Part shown: positions 23,101-33,798 of the stretch, one piece after another
How the letters are laid out: the number at the start of each line of letters is the position of its first letter
Numbering within the stretch: position 1 is the stretch's first letter
Translations under genes and position numbers: made by a program
The notes under the pieces: generated by a model
Database searches by the model: none
What the model was told of the DNA's origin: nothing
Seen by the model: only the letters and a program-made list of their open reading frames with translations
Origin: Nemertoderma westbladi
Lineage: Eukaryota > Animalia > Xenacoelomorpha
Length of the DNA stretch: 42,528 nt
Assembly (NCBI GenBank): GCA_032718475.1
Contig: JAUCBJ010004141.1
Coordinates: forward strand, 1 to 42,528
Direction of reading: 5' to 3'

Positions 23101-26040
23101 GAGACGGGTACCTGGGTGAACTCCGGTCCCTTGTTGAACTCCGGTACCTGGGTGAACTCATTGTGTATGGGTGGGGAGACGGGTACCTGGGTGAACTCAT
23201 TGTGTATGGGTGGGGAGACGGGTACCTGGGTGAACTCATTGTGTATGGGTGGGGAGACGGGTACCTGGGTGAACTCATGGTGTATGGGTGGGGAGACGGG
23301 TACCTGGGTGAACTCGTGGTGTATGGGTGGGGAGACGGGTACCTGGGTGAACTCATTGTGTATGGGTGGGGAGACGGGTACCTGGGTGAACTCATGGTGA
23401 ATGGGTGGGGAGACGGGTACCTGGGTGAACTCATGGTGTATGGGTGGGGAGACCGGTACCTGGGTGAACTCGTGTATGGGTGGGGAGACGGGTACCTGGG
23501 TGAACTCATGGTGAATGGGTGGGGAGACCGGTACCTGGGTGAACTCACGGTGAATGGGTGGGGAGACGGGTACCTGGGTGAACTCATTGTGTATGGGTGG
23601 GGAGACGGGTACCTGGGTGAACTCATGGTGAATGGGTGGGGAGACCGGTACCTGGGTGAACTCATGGTGTATGGGTGGGGAGACGGGTACCTGGGTGAAC
23701 TCATGGTGAATGGGTGGGGAGACCGGTACCTGGGTGAACTCGTGGTGTATGGGTGGGGAGACGGGTACCTGGGTGAACTCATTGTGTATGGGTGGGGAGA
23801 CGGGTACCTGGGTGAACTCGTGGTGTATGGGTGGGGAGACGGGTACCTGGGTGAACTCATTGTGTATGGGTGGGGAGACGGGTACCTGGGTGAACTCAGG
23901 GTGTATGGGTGGGGAGACCGGTACCTGGGTGAACTCATGGTGTATGGGACCGGTACCTGGGTGAACTCATGGTGAATGGGTGGGGAGACCGGTACCTGGG
24001 TGAACTCATTGTGTATGGGTGAGGAGACGGGTACCTGGGTGAACTCATGGTGAACGCGTGGGGAGACGGGTACCTGGGTGAACTCATGGTGTATGGGTGG
24101 GGAGACGGGTACCTGGGTGAACTCATGGTGAATGGGTGGGGAGACGGGTACCTGGGTGAACTCATTGTGTATGGGTGGGGAGACCGGTACCTGGGTGAAC
24201 TCGTGTATGGGTGGGGAGACGGGTACCTGGGTGAACTCATGGTGAATGGGTGGGGAGACCGGTACCTGGGTGAACTCACGGTGAATGGGTGGGGAGACGG
24301 GTACCTGGGTGAACTCATTGTGTATGGGTGGGGAGACGGGTACCTGGGTGAACTCATGGTGAATGGGTGGGGAGACCGGTACCTGGGTGAACTCATGGTG
24401 TATGGGTGGGGAGACGGGTACCTGGGTGAACTCATGGTGAATGGGTGGGGAGACCGGTACCTGGGTGAACTCGTGGTGTATGGGTGGGGAGACGGGTACC
24501 TGGGTGAACTCATTGTGTATGGGTGGGGAGACGGGTACCTGGGTGAACTCGTGGTGTATGGGTGGGGAGACGGGTACCTGGGTGAACTCATTGTGTATGG
24601 GTGGGGAGACGGGTACCTGGGTGAACTCAGGGTGTATGGGTGGGGAGACCGGTACCTGGGTGAACTCATGGTGTATGGGACCGGTACCTGGGTGAACTCA
24701 TGGTGAATGGGTGGGGAGACCGGTACCTGGGTGAACTCATTGTGTATGGGTGAGGAGACGGGTACCTGGGTGAACTCATGGTGAACGCGTGGGGAGACGG
24801 GTACCTGGGTGAACTCATGGTGTATGGGTGGGGAGACGGGTACCTTGGTGAACTCATTGTGTATGGGTGGGGAGACGGGTACCTGGGTGAACTCCGGTCC
24901 CTTGTTGAACTCCGGTACCTGGTTGAACTCATTGTGTATGGGACGGGTACCTGGGTGAACTCATGGTGTATGGGACGGGTACCTGGGTGAACTCGTGGTG
25001 TATGGGTGGGGAGACGGGTACCTGGGTGAACTCATGGTGAATGGGTGGGGAGACCGGTACCTGGGTGAACTCATGGTGTATGGGTGGGGAGACGGGTACC
25101 TGGGTGAACTCATGGTGTATGGGTGGGGAGACGGGTACCTGGGTGAACTCATTGTGTATGGGTGGGGAGACGGGTACCTGGGTGAACTCGTGGTGTAACG
25201 GTGGGGAGACGGGTACCTGGGTGAACTCATTGTGTATGGGTGGGGGACGGGTACCTGGGTGAACTCATGGTGAATGAATGGGTGGGGTGATGGGTACCTG
25301 GGTGAACTCATGGTGAATGGGTGGGGAGACGGGTACTTGGGTGAACTCGTGGTGTAACGTTGGGGAGACGGGTACCTGGGTGAACTCGTGGTGTATGGGT
25401 GGGGAGACGGGTACCTGGGTGAACTCGTGGTGTAACGTTGGGGAGACGGGTACCTGGGTTAACTCATGGTGAATGGGTGGGGAGACGGGTACCTGAGTGA
25501 ACTCGTGGTGTATGGGTGGGGAGACCGGTACCTGGGTGAACTCATGGTGAATGGGTGGGGAGACGGGTACTTGAGTGAACTCGTGGTGTATGGGTGGGGA
25601 GACCGGTACCTGGGTGAACTCATGGTGAATGGGTGGGGAGACGGGTACCTGGGTGAACTCATGGTGTATGGGTGAGGAGACGGGTACCTGGGTGAACGCA
25701 TGGTGAATGGGTGGGGAGACGGGTACCTGAGTGAACTCGTGGTGTATGGGTGGGGAGACGGGTACCTGGGTGAACTCATGGTGAATGGGTGGGGAGACGG
25801 GTACCTGGGTGAACTCATGGTGAATGGGTGGGGAGACGGGTACCTGGGTGAACTCATGGTGAATGGTTGGGGATACGGGCACCTGGGTGAACTCATGGTG
25901 AATGGGTGGGGAGACGGGTACCTGGGTGAACTCATGGTGAATGGGTGGGGAGACGGGTACCTGGGTGAACTCATGGTGAATGGTTGGGGAGACGGGCACC
26001 TGGGTGAACTCATGGTGAATGGGTGGGGAGACGGGCACCC
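20167..26040. repeat. About 5.9-kb G-rich 39-bp minisatellite, roughly 150 copies, in CPEB1 intron 4 (GGGTACCTGGGTGAACTCATGGTG[T/A]ATGGGTGGGGAGAC)
   Basis: Continuous array with a KpnI site in almost every unit. It is the source of the YGWGDGYLGELMV and SSPRYPSPHPYT ORFs. Confidence 0.98.
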
Positions 26041-26041
26041 C

Positions 26042-28595
26042 CTGTAAATTGGGCGTCTAAGTTAGGGGATTTTATCTCACATCTACTGTAAATTGGGCGT
26101 CTAAGTTAGGGGATTTTATCTCACATCTACTGTAAATTGGGCGTCTAAGTTAGGGGATTTTATCTCACATCTACTGAAAATTGGGCGTCTAAGTTAGGGG
26201 ATATTGTCTCACATCTACTGTAAATTGGGCGTCTAAGTTAGGGGATTTTATCTCACATCTACTGTAAATTGGGCGTCTAAGTTAGGGGATCTCACATCGA
26301 CTGTAAAGGCGTCTACGTTAGGGGATCTCACATCGACTGTAAATTGGGCGTCTAAGTTGGGGGATTTTATCTCACATCTACTGAAAATTGGGCGTCTAAG
26401 TTAGGGGATATTGTCTCACATCTACTGTAAATTGGGCGTCTAGGTTAGGGGATTTTATCTCACATCTACTGTAAATTGGGCGTCTAAGTTACGGTATCTC
26501 ACATCTACTGTAAATTGGGCGTAATGTGACGGGATCCGAGAATCCCGACCGGTTGTTTTATTTACGCGTCCCCACCGTGTGTGAAAAGAGTTTGTTGTTG
26601 GATTGAGAGTTCTGATGTTGTTGATCGATATGTATAAATATAATAATAGAGTAAAGCACAAACACAGTTGATGGATAGCAGTATAATTCAGATACCGGTA
26701 ATGCAATTGGTGATGGTGGCGGCAATGGACGGTAATAAAAGTTACCGTTCTGCCCTAACTGAACTGACTAAGCTAAGTGAATGAATGAGGAACATCAATG
26801 GGTAATATACTGCACTGGGTTGGCCGTATTACTCAGCGGATGCCTGCCCCCCATTGGCTAATAACCTAATTCTCGCCCTCCCATCTCTCTGGGAGTGTTT
26901 TCCCCCGCTACTGTCACTCTCTCTCTCCCGGAGGTGTAACCTCTGACCCCCATTGTGTGTGGCCCTTTGGGGTTTGTCGTCCCCGTTTATTGGGGGTGAT
27001 ACGAGGTTGATTGGCAATCAACCTCGTACTCCCCAATATTGCTTAAAGGCCCCGCTTGCCCAACTTTATGGGGTGATTAGCGGAATTGAATTCGCTAACA
27101 TATAAGTTAGGGGATTTTATCTCACATCTACTGTAAATTGGGCGTTTAAGTTAGGGGATTTTATCTCACATCTACTGTAAATTGGGCGTCTAAGTTAGGG
27201 GATTTTATCTCACATCTACTGTAAATTGGGCGTTTAAGTTAGGGGATTTTATCTCACATCTACTGTAAATTGGGCGTTTAAGTTAGGGGATATTGTCCCA
27301 CATCTACTGTACATTGGGCGTCTAAGTTAGGGGATCTCACATCGACTGTAAATTGGGCATCTAAGTTAGGGGATCTTACATCTACTGTAAATTGGGCGTC
27401 TAAGTTAGGGGATTTTATCTAACATCTACTGTATATTGGGCGTCTAAGTTAGGGGATTTTATCTCACATCTACTGAAAATTGGGCGTCTAAGTTAGGGGA
27501 TTTTGTCTCACATCTACTGTAAATTGGGCGTCTAAGTTAGGGGATTTTGTCTCACATCTACTGTAAATTGGGCGTCTAAGTTAGGGGATTTTGTCTCACA
27601 TCTACTGTAAATTGGGCGTCTAAGTTAGGGGATTTTATCACACATCTACTGTAAATTGGGCGTTTAAGTAGGGGATATTGTCTCACATCTACTGAACATT
27701 GGGCGTCTAAGTTAGGGGATTTTATCTCACATCTACTGTAAATTGGGCGTTTAAGTTAGGGGATTTTATCTCACATTGACTGTAAATTGGGCGTCTAAGT
27801 TAGGGAATTTTATCTCACATCTACTGAAAATTGGGCGTCTAAGTTAGGGGATCTCACATCGACTGTACATTGGGCGTCTAAGTTAGGGGATCTCACATCT
27901 ACTGAAAATTGGGCGTCTAAGTTAGGGGATTTTATCTCACATCTACTGAAAATTGGGCGTCTAAGTTAGGGGATCTCACATCGACTGTACATTGGGCGTC
28001 TAAGTTAGGGGATCTCACATCTACTGAAAATTGGGCGTCTAAGTTAGGGAATTTTATCTCACATCTACTGAAAATTGGGCGTCTAAGTTAGGGGATCTCA
28101 CATCGACTGTACATTGGGCGTCTAAGTTAGGGGATCTCACATCTACTGAAAATTGGGCGTCTAAGTTAGGGGATTTTATCTCACATCTACTGTAAATTGG
28201 GCGTCTAAGTTAGGGGATTTTATCTCACATCTACTGTAAATTGGGCGTCTAAGTTAGGGGATCTCACATCGACTGTAAATTGGGCGTCTAAGTTAGGGGA
28301 TCTCACATCTACTGAAAATTGGGCGTCTAAGTTAGGGGATTTTGTCTCATATCGACTGTAAATTGGGCGTCTAAGTTAGGGGATTTTATCCCACATCTAC
28401 TACTGTAAATTGGGCGTCTGAGTTAGGGGATCTCACATCGACTGTAAATTGGGCGTCTAAGTTAGGGGATCTCACATCGACTGTAAATTGGGCGTCTAAG
28501 TTAGGGGATCTCACATCTGCTGAAAATAGGGCGTCTAAGTTAGGGGATTTTGTCTCACATCGACTGTAAATTTGGCGTCTAAGTTAGGGGATTTT
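26042..28595. repeat. 44-bp minisatellite with 39-bp variants (CTGTAAATTGGGCGTCTAAGTTAGGGGATTTTATCTCACATCTA), about 46 copies, split by an insertion at 26525-27100
   Basis: Period of 44 measured between 26042 and 26086. Short variants lack 5 nt after GGGGA. Confidence 0.97.
26525..27100 (-). mobile_element. 576-bp solo LTR inserted in the 44-bp array
   Basis: Unique sequence interrupts one unit, between TTGGGCGTAA and TATAAGTTAGGGG. Termini are TGT...ACA, with AATAAA about 35 nt before the 3' end on the minus strand. The target-site duplication is imperfect. Confidence 0.75.
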
Positions 28596-29043
28596 TTTAA
28601 ATAACATTAGGTTGAGTCGGCCGTGATCAAACCAGTCTGTATGAAAGGAGACTCTGTTCCTTAGCTACAATCTCAATAACTTGAATATGTAACCATTGTG
28701 CTTGTATGTAACTTTTCTATCCCGCACAAATATCACCCTTTATTTTCCGCAATCAATCTTCCAAAAATGCGGATAATAAAATATTTACCCAATCAATGAT
28801 CTAGAAGTTTATTTTCCTGATTTCGCATTATTTATTCTCGATCAGTAATTACGATGGTAATTATTAATAAATTTAGCATTCAAGTCAAGCTAACAAGTTA
28901 AGCTGCAGGATCTACTGCAGTATATTTAGCAGCTGAGTATTATTTAATTACACAACGGTGCAGAATTAACCTCAAATAATTTGCGATAACTTTGTCAAGT
29001 TAAACTTATTTTCTCGTTAAACGTATTTTTCTATTTGTTCTAG

Positions 29044-29172
29044 AACTCTGTGTTTCTACGAAATCCCTCACCGCTACAAACACGAGTATGTGCTACGCCA
29101 TCTTACGACGGTGTTATGCAACATCGAGGCGTGTTGGAGGGTTCCTACATACAGCAGACTGACGATGCAAAG
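29044..29172 (+). CDS. CPEB1: CPEB1 coding exon 5 (NSVFLRNPSP...QQTDDAK)
   Basis: Acceptor TTTTTTCTATTTGTTCTAG, donor AAG|GTGGGG, 129 nt open, phase 0-0. It is symmetric and could therefore be skipped. Confidence 0.72.
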
Positions 29173-29261
29173 GTGGGGGTTGTATAAGTTACGAATAATT
29201 TATATTTATTAATAAATTCCGTAAAATATTATACCGTAAAATAAATAACGTTTTATTTATT

Positions 29262-29490
29262 AATGGCAACAAAGCAAACAGTCGACCGAAGCCGGAGGCG
29301 ACGCGACGCAAAGGCTCTTTCGATAGCTGCTACCCGAATGTAACTACTCATATCCCTTTTGGCTCGCAGATATTTAACTGGTACTCATTTTATCGACCCC
29401 CTGGATTTAAGGCTTAGTGGACCCTGGTGGGGTTCGAACCTACAACCAATAGATTGCAGGCCCGGCGCTCAACCTTCTGAGCTACCCAGC
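29262..29490 (-). mobile_element. tRNA-derived SINE (about 230 bp)
   Basis: The minus strand starts GCTGGGTAGCTCAGAAGG (A box), has a GCA anticodon-like loop and GGTTCGAACCC (B box), followed by a non-tRNA body AAGCCTTAAATCCAGGGGGTCGATAAAATGAGTACCAG. The 3' end is approximate. Confidence 0.85.
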
Positions 29491-29584
29491 TATTTTATGA
29501 AGGTGCACACCCAATAAGCGCTTACATTTCATTTCTATCTATAATCGGCCTGCTGCATTACAGCTGCATATATATTGATATGTT

Positions 29585-29745
29585 ATCATCCCTATCCCTC
29601 GTGACATTCTCGAGATTATCCGCATCTTCAAGGCCAGTATCCTTTAAGAGGCGTCTCAAGAAAGTCATGGGCTGTCCACCATGCTTATTTTCTCTATGGG
29701 GCTGTCAAATCACAATATTGTGCACTAGCTGTTCCTCACAACTCA
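29585..29745 (-). mobile_element. Second 3' fragment of the same RTE-clade LINE family
   Basis: The minus strand reads QLVHNIVI*QPHRENKHGGQPMTFLRRLLKDTGLEDADNLENVTRDRDD. TCAAGGCCAGT[G/A]TCCTTTAAGAGGCGTCTCAAGAAAGTCATGGGCT is shared with about 3462-3507. Confidence 0.75.
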
Positions 29746-29843
29746 CAATTCCCATAAAGTTATACTTTATATTATGGCGTAAATATTAGAGTTACAATGA
29801 AATTATAATATTTAGTCTAATTAACTTATTCTGCCCCCAATAG

Positions 29844-30183
29844 ACCGATACTCACCCTTCCGCACCCGGGGTAGATCTGGCCCCAACCCAGCCCGTCGGC
29901 TCCTGGGACACTCTCCTCGCCCTCACCAACGACCCGTTCGCGATGGAGCGCGCCGCTCGTCTCTACCGCAGCGCGGCCTCGGTCTGCGAGGCTAGCTGCA
30001 CGTGGTCCGGTCAGCTACCACGTCGTGAGTACAACGACCCATCCTACTCGTCCAAGGTCTTCCTCGGCGGAGTGCCTTGGGATATTACCGAACACAGTCT
30101 CGTCGCGACTCTGCAGGCCTTCGGTAACCTTCGGGTGGAGTGGCCTGGAAAAGATTCTAAACATCCGAAATATCCTCCTAAAG
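29844..30183 (+). CDS. CPEB1: CPEB1 coding exon 6: conserved pre-RRM segment and N-terminal part of RRM1
   Basis: [84 protein letters not shown] matches the CPEB1/Orb subfamily ([13 protein letters not shown]) rather than CPEB2-4 (KVFVGGLPPDI). Confidence 0.96.
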
Positions 30184-30795
30184 GTTGGTTCAGTGGTTCA
30201 ATTCACTCTAAATGTTGGAAAAAATAATGGAAATTATTATAAAACTGGAAACTAGTAGACTGGTGAGCTGCCGAGGGATTACGGTCTCCACAGAGACGCA
30301 GCCTTGGTTGATCTACGATCTGGATCTACGATCTAGCATGCATCTGGCAAGTTTCCGCTTGAAAGGATAACAAATAACGAAATGAGAGTTTCACTTTCAG
30401 ATATTTCGACCTCTGGCTGCAAACTGTAGAAGTGCGCCGCCGTGTGTAAATGGATTACCGTTCCACAAAGATGTAGTCACTACATATATGCCTGTGCATA
30501 GACTGCTAGTACATAATAAGATTCAGCTTAAATGAATTATAATAATAATAATAATAATAATATATATTTATATAGCGCTAATACCAAAATAAGACATTTA
30601 AGCTCTAAGCGCTTTTATTTCTAAAAATGAGTCCAGGTACCAGTTTTTAAAATAATCCAAAGATTAAATAACTTAGCGATCTACTAAGGTGAGTTCAGTT
30701 AAAATAAATATTTGATTTAAAAAACTTTAAAAACGCGCAGCAGGAGATAGGTAATTACTAATTACAATTATAAATTCGACGATGAATCCTCCCTT

Positions 30796-32558
30796 TCACG
30801 ATTGGTATTCTTCAATGAAGTGGTGTGTCTTAAGACGCGATTTAAATAGTGTTAATGAGTTAATGTGCCGCAATTCACTCGGGAGTGCATTCCAGACTAG
30901 TGGGCCCGCAATAGAGAATGCTCGGCGTCCATAGTTGCTAAGATTATATCTCGGGACAGACAATAAATTAGCAGATCCAGATCGCAAATCACGAGGTGGT
31001 TCATATCTATTGAGAAGATCCGTTAAATATTGTGGTGCTATGCCATGCAAACATTTAAAAACAGCTTTCCAATTGCCTACTGACACGCTTTGGCTATTTC
31101 TGTGGTGTACCATTTTCCACAGATCGTTCGTGGCTTTGACGATTTCTGGCGTAAAGGAGCGTGCTTATCTAAGATATTCAATAATACATTATCAAAATTT
31201 GCAGCAAATTCATTTATATAACTTGGGTCATCAGCCTTATTAAATAATGTACTTTGTTGAATGTCTTGCAATAATACATTGATATTAATAGATTTTAAGT
31301 TTCTTGTTCTGGTCCAATCTTCTTCTATTTTAGGTTTTCTGTGAAGAAAAGTAAATTGAACAGGAAAATGATCTGAAAGACCTATGTCCTTGACATTTAC
31401 ATTATTAATATCAAAACTGGTTTCATCACGTACTAAGATCAGATCCAAAGTGTTACCACATCGATGACTAGGTTCAGTAACGAGTTGGATTAGGCCAAAG
31501 CAATTACACAACTCATTGAACTCCATTGCGTCCTTATTATTGATTATATCGTTCATGTGAAAGTTGAAATCTCCTATCATTATTAGTTCACCGGGGGCAA
31601 GGACAATACATTGCATAAAATCTGAGAATTCAGAAATAAAATTGTTGACAGTGAGCTTATTTTTAGTTGAAGGATGTATTCTATAAATGATGATAATTCG
31701 AATTAAGGTAACGGATTTACTACAGGTTAGCTCCATAAATTCGAAGGATTTGTATTGTAATGATTTATCTGTTTTATCCTTCAGATCAAGCTGAATTTTT
31801 GACACACAAGCTATTCCACCCCCGCTTTGAGCAATTTGACTATAGATTCTAGGGTTTTGTTGGAACCTGTAGATCAGATCACTATTGAAAGTATTTTCAA
31901 CTGGTATGTCATCATCATTACCTGACAACCATGACTCAGTGACAGCCAAAATATCAATATTATTTTCGTCCATAAAATCACGTAAATAATCTGCTTTGTG
32001 ACGCAGAGAGCGCGTATTAATATTACAAAATTTAATATAATCTAATTTACGTTGATCTATCAAGTTTCCAGCTGAACTGTTTACATTATTGACAATGTTA
32101 TTACTGCCGGTACCGGATATATAATCGTTGGTAACGAGACTGTTTACATTATTGACACTTTCATTACAGGTTGATTTATAATCACTAACATTTCCAGAAC
32201 TGTCTACATTATTGATACCATCGTTATTGCCATTACCGGGTATATTGTCAAAGTGTATGGTACTGATTGTATGGTTGAAACTTACAAGTGACAGGGATAC
32301 CTTCGGTGTCCCGGCTGTGCATGTAGGTGGTTGTCAGTCTGTCTGCGTGGATATTCCCGAACTCTTTCTGGTTCGAAATTGTCGTTCAGAATATGAATGG
32401 GTGGCTTTATGAGGAGGTGATGTCGTAAGATCTATAGTTTTCGGGTTCTGTACAGACTCGGGTGCGTTGTCCATATCACCTGCCTCAGGATATTGCTGGA
32501 CAGATCGGTCTGATCTTTGAAAGGTAGCTTCACTACGGTACTGCGTTGGATAATCCAA
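30796..32558 (-). pseudogene. LINE ORF2 remnant: APE endonuclease joined to the C-terminal domain
   Basis: NINTRSL, DILAVTESWL, GGGIA, IGDFNFH, GNTLDLIL, LSDHF, HAPL..WYT, then KCLHGIAPQYL..LRS..GRRAFSIAGPLVWNALP..FKSRLKTH. No YADD-type RT motifs lie between them. Confidence 0.88.
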
Positions 32559-33562
32559 CGTTTATCTGGGTGAGCAGCTGTCCGAGACCTGAGCTCCTCT
32601 CGTAACTCGAACTGAAGTCGACTTTCTTCAGGTGTGTAAGCAGGGGAGATATATACTCTCTTGTACCGCTCTATGTTGCGGAGTCCCCGGGCATTCCGTA
32701 GGAGAGCCTGGCGTTTCTCCTGGGATAGAGTAATAACTATTGATCTTGGGCGACCACTGTTCTGCAGTTTTCTGACGCGTCTTGCAATAGTCTCCGCCAT
32801 AACTAGATCAACATTAATGGCGCTAGCTATGTCAATTACAGCATCTTTAACATCGCGTTCTGGTGGCAGATCGCAACCTTTTATTACGAGATTAAGTTTA
32901 CGTTTGTTGTGTTCTGCTTCTTCGTGTTGTATTTGCTTTGATAGCGCTGCAAGGTTTGGCACTTTCTTGTTGGATTAAACCTTTGAAGAGTTGGATACTT
33001 TGTTCCATACACCTCCGATATCAGGTTCCACTTCCGCTGTTGTACATGCATTGTTCAATTCTGATACAGAAGTTTCAAGGTTTGAGATCCTCTTCATGTT
33101 ATCGTCAGTGTTTGTTTCAAGTTCAACCCGAAGTTCCTTTAATCTGGTTAATGTTGCGTCTCTGTTATCATTAACCCGTTTTTCCAGTTTATTGGTTCTA
33201 CCGGTGATAGAGTCCAATTGTTGCATCTCCAACAGATTATCACATACACGCGTCTCGTGTTTCTCTAGTTCGGCAGCGAGACCAGCTAGACGTTGGCTCA
33301 CGCATGTGCCACAATAAAAATCGATTCGGCCGAATTCGGTCCCTTCTCTAGCTATACAAATCATTGAGACGTCACAGTTCGAACCAGAGCAGTTAACTTC
33401 GATTTCGGTAAACCCATCGTCCCGTGCAATATCCCGTGCTATGGTTATCTTATTAATCTTAGTGTTGCTTTGTAGTGAACCTGATTTACCCCTCGTCTGC
33501 GAGGAATGAGCATCCGTTTGTCACGCGTTTATGTTAGCCTGTTGTTTCTTTCTTCTATCCAT
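32432..33562 (-). pseudogene. LINE ORF1 (Cys-rich N-terminus, coiled coil, RRM-like region) with two nonsense codons
   Basis: One frame from the ATG at 33562, with TGA at 33523-33521 and TAA at 32977-32975. Motifs CSGSNC..C..FYCGTC, RKLNLVIKG, RPRSIVITL and VYISPAYT. Confidence 0.85.
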
Positions 33563-33798
33563 ATTATATGGTAGACCAGCAGGCAGCGAGAGAATCCAAT
33601 GATTATATACAAACATGAATTAAAATTGTTTTCACTTTTCAGACATTTCGCCGTCAACGTATTATCTACCGTACCTCTGATTAACACAGCTAATGTCCTA
33701 CTACAAATCTGCCAAGTTTCAGCCTCAACGGATTAAAAGCATAGAAATTGGAGGACATGTAGCCCTCTAGCGGGAGACTGTTCAACTGATGTCCGAAG

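Larger units (their letters stand above)
14577..30183 (+). other. CPEB1: CPEB1/orb-type gene, partial (six coding exons, about 318 aa; the rest of RRM1, RRM2 and the ZZ domain are outside the window)
   Basis: Exons 14577-14591, 15099-15254, 17864-18059, 20011-20129, 29044-29172 and 29844-30183 join through GT-AG introns with matching phases (0,0,1,0,0; last donor phase 1) and no stop codons. Confidence 0.85.
30540..33614 (-). mobile_element. L2/CR1-type LINE with both ends present but the RT domain deleted
   Basis: Contains ORF1, an APE endonuclease and the ORF2 C-terminus, a 3' UTR with an AGCGCT...AGCGCT stem and a (TTA)n tail at 30540-30561. Candidate TSD ATGAATTA at 30532-30539 and 33615-33622. 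Confidence 0.9.

Noticed and set aside
20241-26047. GWG-repeat ORFs (Argonaute-hook/GW182-like) on + and SPRYPSP ORFs (Pol II CTD-like or extensin-like) on -
   Set aside because: The 39-bp unit is a multiple of 3. Read-through from exon 4 stops after four codons (GTG AGT TAT TTG TAA), there is no polypyrimidine acceptor into the array, and shortened units break the frame repeatedly.
26490-26496. TACGGTA in one 44-bp-array unit, and an extra CTA near 28398, as further footprints
   Set aside because: The first is equally explained by two substitutions in the short unit and the second by slippage, so both are ambiguous.
29415-29490. Functional tRNA-Cys gene
   Set aside because: The acceptor and anticodon stems pair poorly, there is no poly-T terminator after the head, and it continues into a SINE body.
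30343-33735. Similar short motifs on both sides of the LINE (TCTG[G/C]CAAGTTTC and TTCACTTT(T)CAGA[T/C]ATTTCG)
   Set aside because: Probably remnants of an older repeat that the LINE inserted into, but they are too short and irregularly spaced to define an element.
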